Assembly (NCBI RefSeq): GCF_000300075.1
Contig: NC_018677.1
Span: forward strand, 1-32,000
Length of the DNA: 32,000 nt
Reading direction: 5' to 3'
Source: Candidatus Saccharimonadota bacterium
GTDB lineage: Bacteria; Pseudomonadota; Gammaproteobacteria; Johnevansiales; Johnevansiaceae
The position numbers and the translations under genes were made by a program. Below, piece by piece: positions 10,471-19,614 of this stretch (the stretch's first letter is position 1; each line of letters begins with the position of its first letter). A model generated the notes under the pieces. That model was not told the DNA's origin. It made no database searches and worked only from the letters and a program-made list of their open reading frames with translations.

Positions 10471-11421
10471 TTATGTATTGTAGCATAATATTATTATACC
10501 TGTTAATAGTAAATTTATTAAATTTAAAGGCAAACAATATTTCCAACAAAAGCTCATTACTTGATAATATTTTGGTCTTGGTATTGAAGCACGAATAATA
10601 ATAAATAACACAATAAAAACTAATATTTTAGTTATAAACAAAATTAATAAATGTAAACCTGAACAACTCTTATACCCACAAAAAAACAAATTTACAATTA
10701 AAATAGAAATTAAAATAATATTAACATATTCACTAATAAAAAACATGCCCCATTTCATTCCAGAATATTCTATGTGATAACCATCTGCCAATTCTTGTTC
10801 TGCTTCTGGTTGATCAAAAGGATGTCTATGCGTTACACATATACCAGAAATTAAAAAAGTTATAAATCCTATTGTTTGAGTTATTAAAAACCAAAAATGA
10901 GTATTTTGATAGTCAATAATATTTATTAAATTTAATGATCCTGAAATAGAAACTATGCCCATTAAAGAAAGACCTATAAACACCTCATAAGAAATTGATT
11001 GAGCTGAAGCTCTAATAGCTCCTATTAAAGCATATTTATTACAACTTGAATATCCAGCAAACAGAATCGAATATACATTTATACCTGCCATAGCTATAAC
11101 AAATAAGATTCCAACATTATTTAAATCAGTTTCATTATTAATTGCATTTGGTAATATAATAAAAGACAAAATTATTGTAATTAAAGATATAATAGGTGAA
11201 AAAACAAATAATTTATTGTCTGAAAAAGGTGGAATCCAATCTTCTTTAAATATAATTTTAATAACATCAGCAATAAATTGAAATATTCCAAACAATCCCA
11301 CTCTGTTAGGACCATATCTATCTTGCCACAAACCTAAAGCCCTACGCTCGATAAAACTCATAAAAGCTCCACTTATAAATATAACAACTATAAATATAAT
11401 ATGTTTTATTATATTGTTCAT
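10471..11421 (-). CDS. nuoH: NADH-quinone oxidoreductase subunit H
   Basis: 316-aa membrane ORF. NuoH/ND1-like motifs ([41 protein letters not shown]). Confidence 0.95.
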   Translation of the reverse strand: MNNIIKHIIFIVVIFISGAFMSFIERRALGLWQDRYGPNRVGLFGIFQFIADVIKIIFKEDWIPPFSDNKLFVFSPIISLITIILSFIILPNAINNETDLNNVGILFVIAMAGINVYSILFAGYSSCNKYALIGAIRASAQSISYEVFIGLSLMGIVSISGSLNLINIIDYQNTHFWFLITQTIGFITFLISGICVTHRHPFDQPEAEQELADGYHIEYSGMKWGMFFISEYVNIILISILIVNLFFCGYKSCSGLHLLILFITKILVFIVLFIIIRASIPRPKYYQVMSFCWKYCLPLNLINLLLTGIIILCYNT

Positions 11422-14105
11422 TTTATTATTATAATTTTAAAACACATACAAAAAATTTCTAATGGTATTCCTTTAATACCAAACGGAAAACCTATAAACC
11501 CATTACGCATATTATTAGTATTTTTAATTATAATATTTACTTCCTTGTTATTAACAATAGCTTTAATTTTAGATCCTGGAGTTACTTTTAGCAATTTTAT
11601 ATCCTGTTTACTTATTTTTATATAAGGCTTTTTTGTACATTTGTTAATAGAATGTGTTAATGCACTATTTTCTTCACTACCTAATAGATGATATATTGGA
11701 ATAATTTGCCAACGTTTATTTTTTTTAAACCCAACATATTTATAATATGATAAATACTTTTTTTTCTTACAATAATTTATTAACCTAATACCTGGATTGC
11801 CTGCATATAATTTTACACCTATTTCTTTTTGAAATTTATTCCATGCTTGAGGCGAATTCCATCCTGGATACCAAGCAAATGCTATTTCAGAACTATTATA
11901 ACCTTTTGTTGAAAACGTAAAAGTTGAATAAATATCTTTATGAATTTTTTTTTCATGTATTTGAATGTTTGAATTTATAGCAGTGCGTCCACTTAGTCTG
12001 TGAGGTAAACGTGCTAAATTTCTTTTCAATTGTGATAAATTTAATATCCTGTTAAAAGCAGGATGATATTTAGAACATACCTTTAGTACATCATTTAAAT
12101 GTATCCATTCTAACTTACTATTTTTTTTTGCTATAGTTAATGCATGTAACCATCTCCAACTTTCTTTTGTTAAATCTCCAGTACGATAATAACTTGGTTC
12201 ATAAATTTTAAAAAATCTTTGTGCTCTACCTTCATAATTAATTAAAGTACCATTACCTTCCGCTATAGTTGCTGCAGGTAAAACAACATTAGCCTTATCA
12301 ATAGTTGTATTTTTTTTATAATCAATCAAAATAATTTTTTTATTTTTTAATGCATTATAAACTAAAGATGATTTCATACGACGATAAATATTATTTTCTA
12401 AAATGATTACTGCATCTGCTTTATTTTTAATTAGTTTTTTTATTGCCCAATTTAAAGATTTTCCTCCTAACATAGTAACTCCAACACTATTAGAATCATT
12501 ACTATTTAGTATTATAGATCCTTTTTTTCCTAAAAATTTAAATGCACGAGATATATTATAAGCAGATTTTAAAACTAAAGAATGTTTTAGTGAACAACCA
12601 CTAATAATTAATGGTCTTTTTGAGCAACGTAATTTCTTTAAAAGTTTTAATAAAATTTTTTTGTTGTTATTATTAAATGAGTTTAATTTTTTTTTTGGGG
12701 AGTTATGATCTATGGAATTAGCTATTGCAAATCCGAATTTTGTAATTTCTTCTTTAGTACATATAACTGTTTCATAAGCTATAGCATCTAATCTAGTTTT
12801 ATTTGTTGTAAAAATATATATAGGATGTTTATTTTCATTATTAATATTCTTAACATCCCATTCATATATTTTATATTTTTGTGCAATATTAAAAGAACCT
12901 CTTTGAGCAGCTTGTCTTACTGCTAATGCAATTCTTGCTGAAATTTGAGTAATATCTTCACCTAAGATAATGATAAGATCGTGATCTTCAATATCAATTA
13001 TTGAAGAAAAAGGTAAAGCACCTTTATACAAAACATCTATATTTATTTTTAGACACTCTACTTCCCTTTTTTCAATGCCATTAGAAAAATTTTGTTTTCC
13101 AACTAACTTGCATAATGCAAAATTACTTTCTATACTTGCTCTTGGAGAACCTATACCTATAACTCTATTAGATGTATTTAACAAAGCAATACTATAATCA
13201 ATTGCTAAATCTATTGATTTAATAGGATTATTATTTATAAAAGGTATCCGATTACGATTAGAACTATTTATATAACCATAACCAAACCGTCCTCTATCGC
13301 ATATAAAATAATGATTAATTTTACTATTAAACCGATTTTCTATTTTACGAATTTTACCATACCGTTCTCCTACATTTAAATTACAGCCACAAGAACATCC
13401 CGTACAAATGCTTGGAGCATATTGTAAATCCCATTTCCTTGCATAATGCATAGAATATTGTTTATCTGTAAAAACTCCAGTGGGACATATCTCTATTAAA
13501 TTTCCAGAAAATTCATTTTCTAATCTACCATTCCTAAGTCTACCAAAATATATGTTATTACTACTACCAAAAACTCCTAAATCTTTACCACCAGCATAAT
13601 CTTTATAAAATCTTATACACCGATAACACGTAATACATCTATTCATTTCGTGATTTATAAAGGGTCCTAAGTATTGGTTTTTATGAGTTCTTTTATTAAA
13701 ATTATATCTTCTACTATTATGTTTTAGTATCACTGTCATATCTTGTAAATGACACTGTCCACCTTCTTCACATACTGGACAATCATGAGGATGATTAGTC
13801 ATCATTAATTCTATTATTTTAGAACGACAACTAAAACCTTCTGGATCTTTTGTAGTTATAAACTCATTTTTTTTAATTGCTGATGTTGTACAAGCTATAA
13901 CTATCTGTCCTAGTGTATCGTCTCTATTATTGTATCTTTTAATGATACATTGTCTACAAGACCCTACACTTCCTAAAATAGGGTGCCAACAGAAATAAGG
14001 TATGTCTATACCAAAAGATAAACATATTTCTAATAAATTTTTTTTATTTCTATTATTTTTTATTTCATAATCTTTATTGTCTACATTTATTATTGTCATA
14101 ATCAA
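11418..14105 (-). CDS. nuoG: NADH-quinone oxidoreductase subunit G
   Basis: 895-aa ORF. N-terminal Fe-S cysteine clusters (CRQC, HPHDCPVCEEGGQCHLQD, CITCYRCIRF) followed by a molybdopterin-oxidoreductase-like domain. Size matches enterobacterial-type NuoG. Confidence 0.95.
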   Translation of the reverse strand: MIMTIINVDNKDYEIKNNRNKKNLLEICLSFGIDIPYFCWHPILGSVGSCRQCIIKRYNNRDDTLGQIVIACTTSAIKKNEFITTKDPEGFSCRSKIIELMMTNHPHDCPVCEEGGQCHLQDMTVILKHNSRRYNFNKRTHKNQYLGPFINHEMNRCITCYRCIRFYKDYAGGKDLGVFGSSNNIYFGRLRNGRLENEFSGNLIEICPTGVFTDKQYSMHYARKWDLQYAPSICTGCSCGCNLNVGERYGKIRKIENRFNSKINHYFICDRGRFGYGYINSSNRNRIPFINNNPIKSIDLAIDYSIALLNTSNRVIGIGSPRASIESNFALCKLVGKQNFSNGIEKREVECLKINIDVLYKGALPFSSIIDIEDHDLIIILGEDITQISARIALAVRQAAQRGSFNIAQKYKIYEWDVKNINNENKHPIYIFTTNKTRLDAIAYETVICTKEEITKFGFAIANSIDHNSPKKKLNSFNNNNKKILLKLLKKLRCSKRPLIISGCSLKHSLVLKSAYNISRAFKFLGKKGSIILNSNDSNSVGVTMLGGKSLNWAIKKLIKNKADAVIILENNIYRRMKSSLVYNALKNKKIILIDYKKNTTIDKANVVLPAATIAEGNGTLINYEGRAQRFFKIYEPSYYRTGDLTKESWRWLHALTIAKKNSKLEWIHLNDVLKVCSKYHPAFNRILNLSQLKRNLARLPHRLSGRTAINSNIQIHEKKIHKDIYSTFTFSTKGYNSSEIAFAWYPGWNSPQAWNKFQKEIGVKLYAGNPGIRLINYCKKKKYLSYYKYVGFKKNKRWQIIPIYHLLGSEENSALTHSINKCTKKPYIKISKQDIKLLKVTPGSKIKAIVNNKEVNIIIKNTNNMRNGFIGFPFGIKGIPLEIFCMCFKIIIIK

Positions 14106-15407
14106 TTAAACCATTAACTTATCAAAATCATTACGAAAATATTTTATTGCACTAATTAAAGGTTCACTTGCTCCAGGTGCAAGAGCACAAAAAGTTTTTC
14201 CATTTGTTAATTGTTTTGTTAAATCTATCAATATATCTAAATCCTTATATTTACCTTTCTTATTTTCTAAAGTTTTTAATATTTTAACAATCCATGGCAA
14301 GCCTTCACGACACGGAGTGCACCAACCACATGATTCTCTATTAAAAAACTTTTCTATATTTTTTAAGAAATATATTATATTAACAGTATCATCAATAGCT
14401 AATATTATAGCCGTACCTATTCTTGTACCTAGTTTTCTTATTCCATTTGAACACATTTGCACTTTTAAATGTTTAGGTAATAAAATTCCTGTGCTTGCAC
14501 CACCTGGTTGCCAGGCTTTTAATTTATAACCCTTTATCATTCCTCCAGCAAACTCTTCTATTATTTCCATTGCTGTTATACCCATTGGAACTTCCCACAA
14601 TCCAGGATTTTTTACTTTACCTGAACAACCCATAAGTTTTGTTCCATTATCTTCTGATCCAGGTAAACATAACTTCTTATACCAATTAAGACCATAGTTT
14701 ATAATAGAAGGAATATTACATAATGTTTCTACATTATTTATTACTGTAGGTTTTCCCCACGCACCTAGTTGACCAGGAAAAGGCGGTTTTCTTTTTGGAT
14801 TTGCTCTATAACCCTCTAATGAATTAATTAAAGCAGTTTCTTCACCACAAATATATCTTCCAGCTCCTGAATGAACACATATATCAAAACAAAACTCAGA
14901 ATTTAAAATATTTTTTCCTAAAAAGTTTTTTTTACGAGCTTCTTTTATAGCAATATTAATAATATTTATTGCATCAATATATTCTCCTCTTATAAAAATA
15001 TACCCTTTATAAGAATTATTTGCGTAAGCTGCAATTATCATACCTTCTATTAATAAATGAGGTTCTTGTTCTAATAATAATCTGTCTTTATATGTATTAG
15101 GTTCCATTTCATCTGCATTGCATAATAACAAACTTTCTTCATTTGTTAAACTCCATTTTATTCCAGTTATAAAGCCAGCACCTCCTCGACCTTTTAAGCC
15201 TGAATCTTTTATTTCTGTTTTTACCTCTTCTGGTGTTGATTTTTTTAATATACGTTTCACAGCAATATATCCTTCTTTTTGTACGTATTCATTTAACCAT
15301 ATTGTTTTACCTTCTTTATTTAATCGCCAAGTCAATGGATGAGTTTCTTTTGATTTTTTTACTATATTTGCTGTACAAACTGACTTTATGCGTTTATTTA
15401 CAATCAT
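14106..15407 (-). CDS. nuoF: NADH-quinone oxidoreductase subunit F
   Basis: 433-aa ORF. Motifs [25 protein letters not shown] (FMN/NADH site), CNADEMEP, and [12 protein letters not shown] (4Fe-4S). Confidence 0.96.
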   Translation of the reverse strand: MIVNKRIKSVCTANIVKKSKETHPLTWRLNKEGKTIWLNEYVQKEGYIAVKRILKKSTPEEVKTEIKDSGLKGRGGAGFITGIKWSLTNEESLLLCNADEMEPNTYKDRLLLEQEPHLLIEGMIIAAYANNSYKGYIFIRGEYIDAINIINIAIKEARKKNFLGKNILNSEFCFDICVHSGAGRYICGEETALINSLEGYRANPKRKPPFPGQLGAWGKPTVINNVETLCNIPSIINYGLNWYKKLCLPGSEDNGTKLMGCSGKVKNPGLWEVPMGITAMEIIEEFAGGMIKGYKLKAWQPGGASTGILLPKHLKVQMCSNGIRKLGTRIGTAIILAIDDTVNIIYFLKNIEKFFNRESCGWCTPCREGLPWIVKILKTLENKKGKYKDLDILIDLTKQLTNGKTFCALAPGASEPLISAIKYFRNDFDKLMV

Positions 15408-15912
15408 TTTTATAAATTTCCAAAATATTACTTATATTTTTTTTTATTAATTTAGAATAAAGTTCATTATTTATCATCATATTTGGGGCTTTATCACAAT
15501 TACCTAAGCAACATATAGGCAATAATGTATAACGTTTATCCTTAGTAGTTTCTCCAATACTTATTCCTAACAAAAATTTTAATTGCTTATAAATAAATTC
15601 ATAACCATTTATATAACACGTGATACTATCACATAACAATATTATATTTGTTCCTACTGGTTGTCTGTAAATTAAATTATAAAATGTGGCTATACTATCG
15701 AGTTCCGTTGGAGTTATTCCTATTATCTTTGCAAGATCATTAATAATATTATCAGATATCCATCCTCTATATTTTTGTATTATTTTCAAAGCACCAATTG
15801 AAGCTGCTTTACTATTTTTATAATTGTTTTTTTCAATAATAATTTCTGTAATTTCTTCTTTAGTTAATTTTTTAAACCTTTTAAGGTAACTATTTTCCAT
15901 AATCCATTCCAT
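15394..15912 (-). CDS. nuoE: NADH-quinone oxidoreductase subunit E
   Basis: 172-aa ORF. 2Fe-2S thioredoxin-like motifs ([25 protein letters not shown]). The first 3 codons lie in a pentanucleotide repeat, so the true start may be Met5 at 15900. Confidence 0.9.
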   Translation of the reverse strand: MEWIMENSYLKRFKKLTKEEITEIIIEKNNYKNSKAASIGALKIIQKYRGWISDNIINDLAKIIGITPTELDSIATFYNLIYRQPVGTNIILLCDSITCYINGYEFIYKQLKFLLGISIGETTKDKRYTLLPICCLGNCDKAPNMMINNELYSKLIKKNISNILEIYKNDCK

Positions 15913-15943
15913 TCCATTCTATTCTATTGTATTGTATTGTACT
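15904..15943. repeat. Compound pentanucleotide microsatellite (CCATT)x3 (CTATT)x2 (GTATT)x2 GTACT, filling the nuoCD-nuoE junction
   Basis: Read directly: ccatt ccatt ccatt ctatt ctatt gtatt gtatt gtact. It overlaps the annotated nuoE start codon and touches the nuoCD stop. Confidence 0.9.
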
Positions 15944-17706
15944 TAACGATCTACATCTGCCATTACAAAATCAATACTTGCAATATGTGCTATCATGTCT
16001 GGTATGTACGCTCCTTGCATTATTGTAGACAGATGTTGTAAGTTAGGATAACTAGGTGTTCGTATGCGGGTACGATAACTAGTTGCATTACCATCAGAAA
16101 TTAAATAATAACTATTAAGCCCCTTCGTTGCTTCTATCATTTGAAAATTTTCATTTTGTTCTAATATTGTTCCCCAAGACATTTGTAAAAAATGTGTAAT
16201 TAATGTTTCTATATTCTTTAACATTTTGTTTCTATTAGGAGGTGTAACTAAATGTTGTTCCATTTTTATACTTCCTTCGGGAATATTATTTATACATTGT
16301 TTAATAATTCTTAAACTTTGATACATCTCTTCTATTCTTATATTTGCTCTATCAAACACATCTCCATTTGTACCTATTGGTATATCAAACTCTACTTTAT
16401 CATAACCGGAATAAGGTCTATTTTTTCTTACATCAAAATTTAAACCTGTAGCTCTTAAATTTGGCCCTGTTATTCCCCACTCCAATGCTTCTTTAGTATT
16501 ATAAGATGCAATAAATTTAGTACGTTTTCGTAATATGTAATTATTCATCATTGCCTTATTATATTCTTTAAGCCTTTTATTTATCCATTTTATAAAGTTC
16601 TTGATTAATTTATACCAACCTTTTGGCAAATCATGAGCCAATCCTCCAATACGAAACCAAGCAGGGTGCATACGAAAACCCGTTATAGATTCGATTATTT
16701 CATAACATTTTTGCCTATCTGTAAACGTAAAAAACACTGTACTCATAGCACCTAAATCTTGTAAAAAAGTACCTAAAAACAGCATATGCGAATTTATTCT
16801 AAATATTTCCATCATCATAACACGTATTATTTTTGTTCTTTCGGTAACTTGTATCTTTGCGATTTTTTCAATTGCTAATATATAAGGTAAATTATTTATT
16901 ACGCCACCTGTATAATCAATTCTATCAGTGTAAGGTAAATAACTATGCCATGCTTGTCTTTCTCCCATTTTTTCTGCTCCACGATGATGATAACCTATGT
17001 CTGGCATACACTTTTCTATTTTTTCTCCACAAAGCTGCATTATTATTCTAAAAGCTCCATGTGCAGAAGGATGATTCGGTCCAAAGTTTAAAAACATATT
17101 ATTTTTCTTATTTGAAAGTCCCCATTCGTCAGGAATTAAACATAATGAGTTTTGTTCTTTATATTGCTTATATCTATTTATTTTTAAAACTTTAAATTCA
17201 GTTGCACGTGATGGATAATCTTTACGCAATGGATAGCCTTTCCAATTTAAAGGCATTAATACTCTTCTTAAGTTTGGATGGCCATAAAATTTAATTCCAA
17301 ACATATCATAAACTTCGCGTTCATACCAGTTTGCATTCTGCCAAATTTTGACAATTGATGGTATTACTAAGTTTGGTTCTATTACCGCTACTTTTATTAT
17401 TAAATCCTTATTATCTTTTATTGACAACAAATGGTAAACCACTGTAAAATCTGCCTTTGGTAAATTTTTTCTGTTATTTCTTAATCTTTCATCTATGCAA
17501 TGTAAGTCATATAACATGTCTATTTTATATTGTTTGTTTCCATTACGTAAATATTTTATTATATCAAACATTTTATTTTTTTTTACCCATACAACAGGTA
17601 TTCCCATTAAAGTCTTTTGTGAATACAAAATGTTTTTTTTTCCAAATTTTTTATATAATATTTTTAAAACCATTTGTTCTTGTTTTCTTACTTGTTTATT
17701 AAACAT
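15943..17706 (-). CDS. nuoC: NADH-quinone oxidoreductase fused subunit C/D
   Basis: NuoC motifs ([24 protein letters not shown]) are fused to NuoD motifs ([28 protein letters not shown]-terminal [10 protein letters not shown]). The longest ORF runs to 17778 but then overlaps nuoB by 80 nt. I place the start at Met25 (17706, an 8-nt overlap); Met36 (17673) is also possible. Confidence 0.9.
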   Translation of the reverse strand: MFNKQVRKQEQMVLKILYKKFGKKNILYSQKTLMGIPVVWVKKNKMFDIIKYLRNGNKQYKIDMLYDLHCIDERLRNNRKNLPKADFTVVYHLLSIKDNKDLIIKVAVIEPNLVIPSIVKIWQNANWYEREVYDMFGIKFYGHPNLRRVLMPLNWKGYPLRKDYPSRATEFKVLKINRYKQYKEQNSLCLIPDEWGLSNKKNNMFLNFGPNHPSAHGAFRIIMQLCGEKIEKCMPDIGYHHRGAEKMGERQAWHSYLPYTDRIDYTGGVINNLPYILAIEKIAKIQVTERTKIIRVMMMEIFRINSHMLFLGTFLQDLGAMSTVFFTFTDRQKCYEIIESITGFRMHPAWFRIGGLAHDLPKGWYKLIKNFIKWINKRLKEYNKAMMNNYILRKRTKFIASYNTKEALEWGITGPNLRATGLNFDVRKNRPYSGYDKVEFDIPIGTNGDVFDRANIRIEEMYQSLRIIKQCINNIPEGSIKMEQHLVTPPNRNKMLKNIETLITHFLQMSWGTILEQNENFQMIEATKGLNSYYLISDGNATSYRTRIRTPSYPNLQHLSTIMQGAYIPDMIAHIASIDFVMADVDR

Positions 17707-18358
17707 TCTTTTGTGTGCGTAATTTTTTTGTTTTAATACGCTTAATATATTTTTTTTGTTTTTGATTTGGCATATCATATCTATAAATCTTCTGATCCCC
17801 TATTATCCAAGATAAAGGCCGTCTTTCTTTATGTATTGATTTTTGTAACAATTGTATTCCTTGTAAAAAAGCTTCCGGTCTAGGTGGACACCCTGCTACA
17901 TAAACATCTACAGGTAATATTTTATCTACCCCTTGTACAACTGAATAACTATCATACATTCCACCTGAATTTGCACAAGAACCCATTGAAATTACCCATT
18001 TTGGATCTAACATTTGATCATATAAATGCTGTATTACTGGAATCATTTTGATAAAACAAGTTCCCGCAATTACCATTAAATCTGCTTGCCTAGGTGATGA
18101 TCTAATAACTTCAGCTCCAAATCTAGATATGTCATGTGGTGATGTAAAGGAAGTTGTCATTTCTACATAACAACAGGATAATCCAAAATTAAAAGGCCAT
18201 AAAGAATTTTTACGCCCCCAATTAATTAATAACTTTGAAAGTTTTTTAAGTTTACATAACCAAATATTGTTTCTTAGTTGCTCAAAGTTTTTATCTTTCT
18301 CTCTAGTGGTTTTTTTAAAATCTAAGTTATTTAATATGTATTTCATTGTTTTCTCCAT
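17699..18358 (-). CDS. nuoB: NADH-quinone oxidoreductase subunit B
   Basis: 219-aa ORF. Motifs [21 protein letters not shown] and GCPPRPEA (N2 cluster ligands). An alternative start at Met5 (18346) is preceded by GGAG. Confidence 0.95.
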   Translation of the reverse strand: MEKTMKYILNNLDFKKTTREKDKNFEQLRNNIWLCKLKKLSKLLINWGRKNSLWPFNFGLSCCYVEMTTSFTSPHDISRFGAEVIRSSPRQADLMVIAGTCFIKMIPVIQHLYDQMLDPKWVISMGSCANSGGMYDSYSVVQGVDKILPVDVYVAGCPPRPEAFLQGIQLLQKSIHKERRPLSWIIGDQKIYRYDMPNQKQKKYIKRIKTKKLRTQKNV

Positions 18359-18364
18359 TTAAAG

Positions 18365-18706
18365 TTACTCAAACACTCCATTACATACATCATATATTAA
18401 ACCTACTAATAATATAATAATAAATAAAACTATTTCTATAAAACCTTGCCATCCAATCTCTCTAATTGCACTTGCCCAGCTAAATAAATAAATCGCTTCT
18501 AAATCAAATATTACAAATAATATGGCTAAAATATAAAATTTTGCAAAATAATTAATTTTTTTTATTGAATTTATAGAAATTATTCCTGATTCAAAAGGTA
18601 TTTCTTTGTTAGGCGACCAACTATATCCCCCTAAAATATATGATATTATGCTTATCATTACTAAAATTAATAAGGTGATAATTAAAAAATTCAACAATTT
18701 ATTCAT
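18365..18706 (-). CDS. nuoA: NADH-quinone oxidoreductase subunit A
   Basis: 113-aa, three-helix membrane ORF at the head of the operon. NuoA-like core (FESGI, FVIFDLEAIYLFSWA). Confidence 0.88.
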   Translation of the reverse strand: MNKLLNFLIITLLILVMISIISYILGGYSWSPNKEIPFESGIISINSIKKINYFAKFYILAILFVIFDLEAIYLFSWASAIREIGWQGFIEIVLFIIILLVGLIYDVCNGVFE

Positions 18707-18885
18707 ATCTATATTAATCTCTTTTTTTTTCTATTGATTGTTTTTTATTAGTTAGATCTTTAGAATTTGTATGTAAGATGATGTTTGTTGCTTTTATTTT
18801 TAATTAGAGATTAGAGACTTGAGTTTTTGTTTAAAGTTTTTTGTTTTGAGTTTTGTGGTTTGAGTTTTAAGATTAGAGTTTGTAT

Positions 18886-18947
18886 GTTAGAGGCTAGTTT
18901 AAAGAGTTTTGTTGTTAGAGGCTAGTTTAAAGAGTTTTGTTGTTAGA
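18886..18947 (+). repeat. 28-bp tandem repeat, 2 exact units plus a partial third (GTTAGAGGCTAGTTTAAAGAGTTTTGTT)
   Basis: Units at 18886-18913 and 18914-18941 are identical; GTTAGA restarts at 18942. Confidence 0.9.
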
Positions 18948-18958
18948 TGTGTTTGAAA

Positions 18959-19014
18959 GCTTGTAGCTTGTAGCTTGTAGCTTGTATGTTGTAGAATGTA
19001 GAATGTAGAATTTA
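18959..19014 (+). repeat. Compound heptanucleotide array: (GCTTGTA)x4, TGTTGTA, (GAATGTA)x2, GAATTTA
   Basis: Read directly with strict 7-bp phase across 8 units. Confidence 0.9.
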
Positions 19015-19144
19015 GATGTATGGTATTTTATGGTTTGTGTGTTGCAGTTTTGTGTTATGTGTTAAAGTTATGATTAAACGGTAGAAAGGGTTAAAAAAAA
19101 TAGACTAATGTTTAAATAAGGATGTATGGAAAAACAGATTAGTC

Positions 19145-19468
19145 TTAAATATTATTTACTTTAGTTAATAAATTAGTTAATAACATATAATTTATTGTTT
19201 TAAAAATGTATTTGCTTATATAAAAACATAAATAGACTTGAATAAAATTATAGTTAAATATTCTTATATATTCTTTTAATAATCTTTTTAAAATATTACG
19301 ATAATTTGCTTTGTTTATTATCTTAGTTATAAAAGCTTTATATATTATCGAAGTTTCATTAGTTATAAAAAAACCAACACAAAAAAAATGCTTGTTGATT
19401 GCTTTAAAATTATAAGCTTTATTGATGGTTTTATGAACATTAAAAGGTTTAATTACTTTATAATTCAT
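19145..19468 (-). CDS. rnpA: Ribonuclease P protein component
   Basis: 107-aa basic ORF with an RNR-type motif (KANYRNILKRLLKEYIR). Its start overlaps the rpmH stop (TAATG), matching the conserved rpmH-rnpA pair. Confidence 0.85.
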   Translation of the reverse strand: MNYKVIKPFNVHKTINKAYNFKAINKHFFCVGFFITNETSIIYKAFITKIINKANYRNILKRLLKEYIRIFNYNFIQVYLCFYISKYIFKTINYMLLTNLLTKVNNI

Positions 19469-19602
19469 TATTTACAAAGTATGTTACGTTTTTTTTTTCT
19501 ACGATTTGAAATAATTCTTCTTCCAATCTTAGTACTCATCCGTCTTCTAAAACCATTAACACGTTTTATTTTTATTTTACTAGGTTGAAAAGTTCGTTTC
19601 AT
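19468..19602 (-). CDS. rpmH: 50S ribosomal protein L34
   Basis: Not in the ORF track (44 aa). My hand translation of the minus strand gives [44 protein letters not shown], the canonical L34 sequence pattern. Confidence 0.93.
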   Translation of the reverse strand: MKRTFQPSKIKIKRVNGFRRRMSTKIGRRIISNRRKKKRNILCK

Positions 19603-19608
19603 GAATAT

Positions 19609-19614
19609 CTCCTT
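19609..19614 (-). promoter_or_regulatory. Shine-Dalgarno AAGGAG for rpmH
   Basis: The + strand reads ctcctt, which is AAGGAG on the minus strand, 6 nt upstream of the rpmH ATG. Confidence 0.55.

Noticed and set aside
19102-19145. 8-bp inverted repeat AGACTAAT ... ATTAGTCT spanning the rnpA stop, as a possible terminator
   Set aside because: The loop would be 28 nt, the stem is AT-rich, and no U-tract follows on the minus strand. It is not convincing as an intrinsic terminator.
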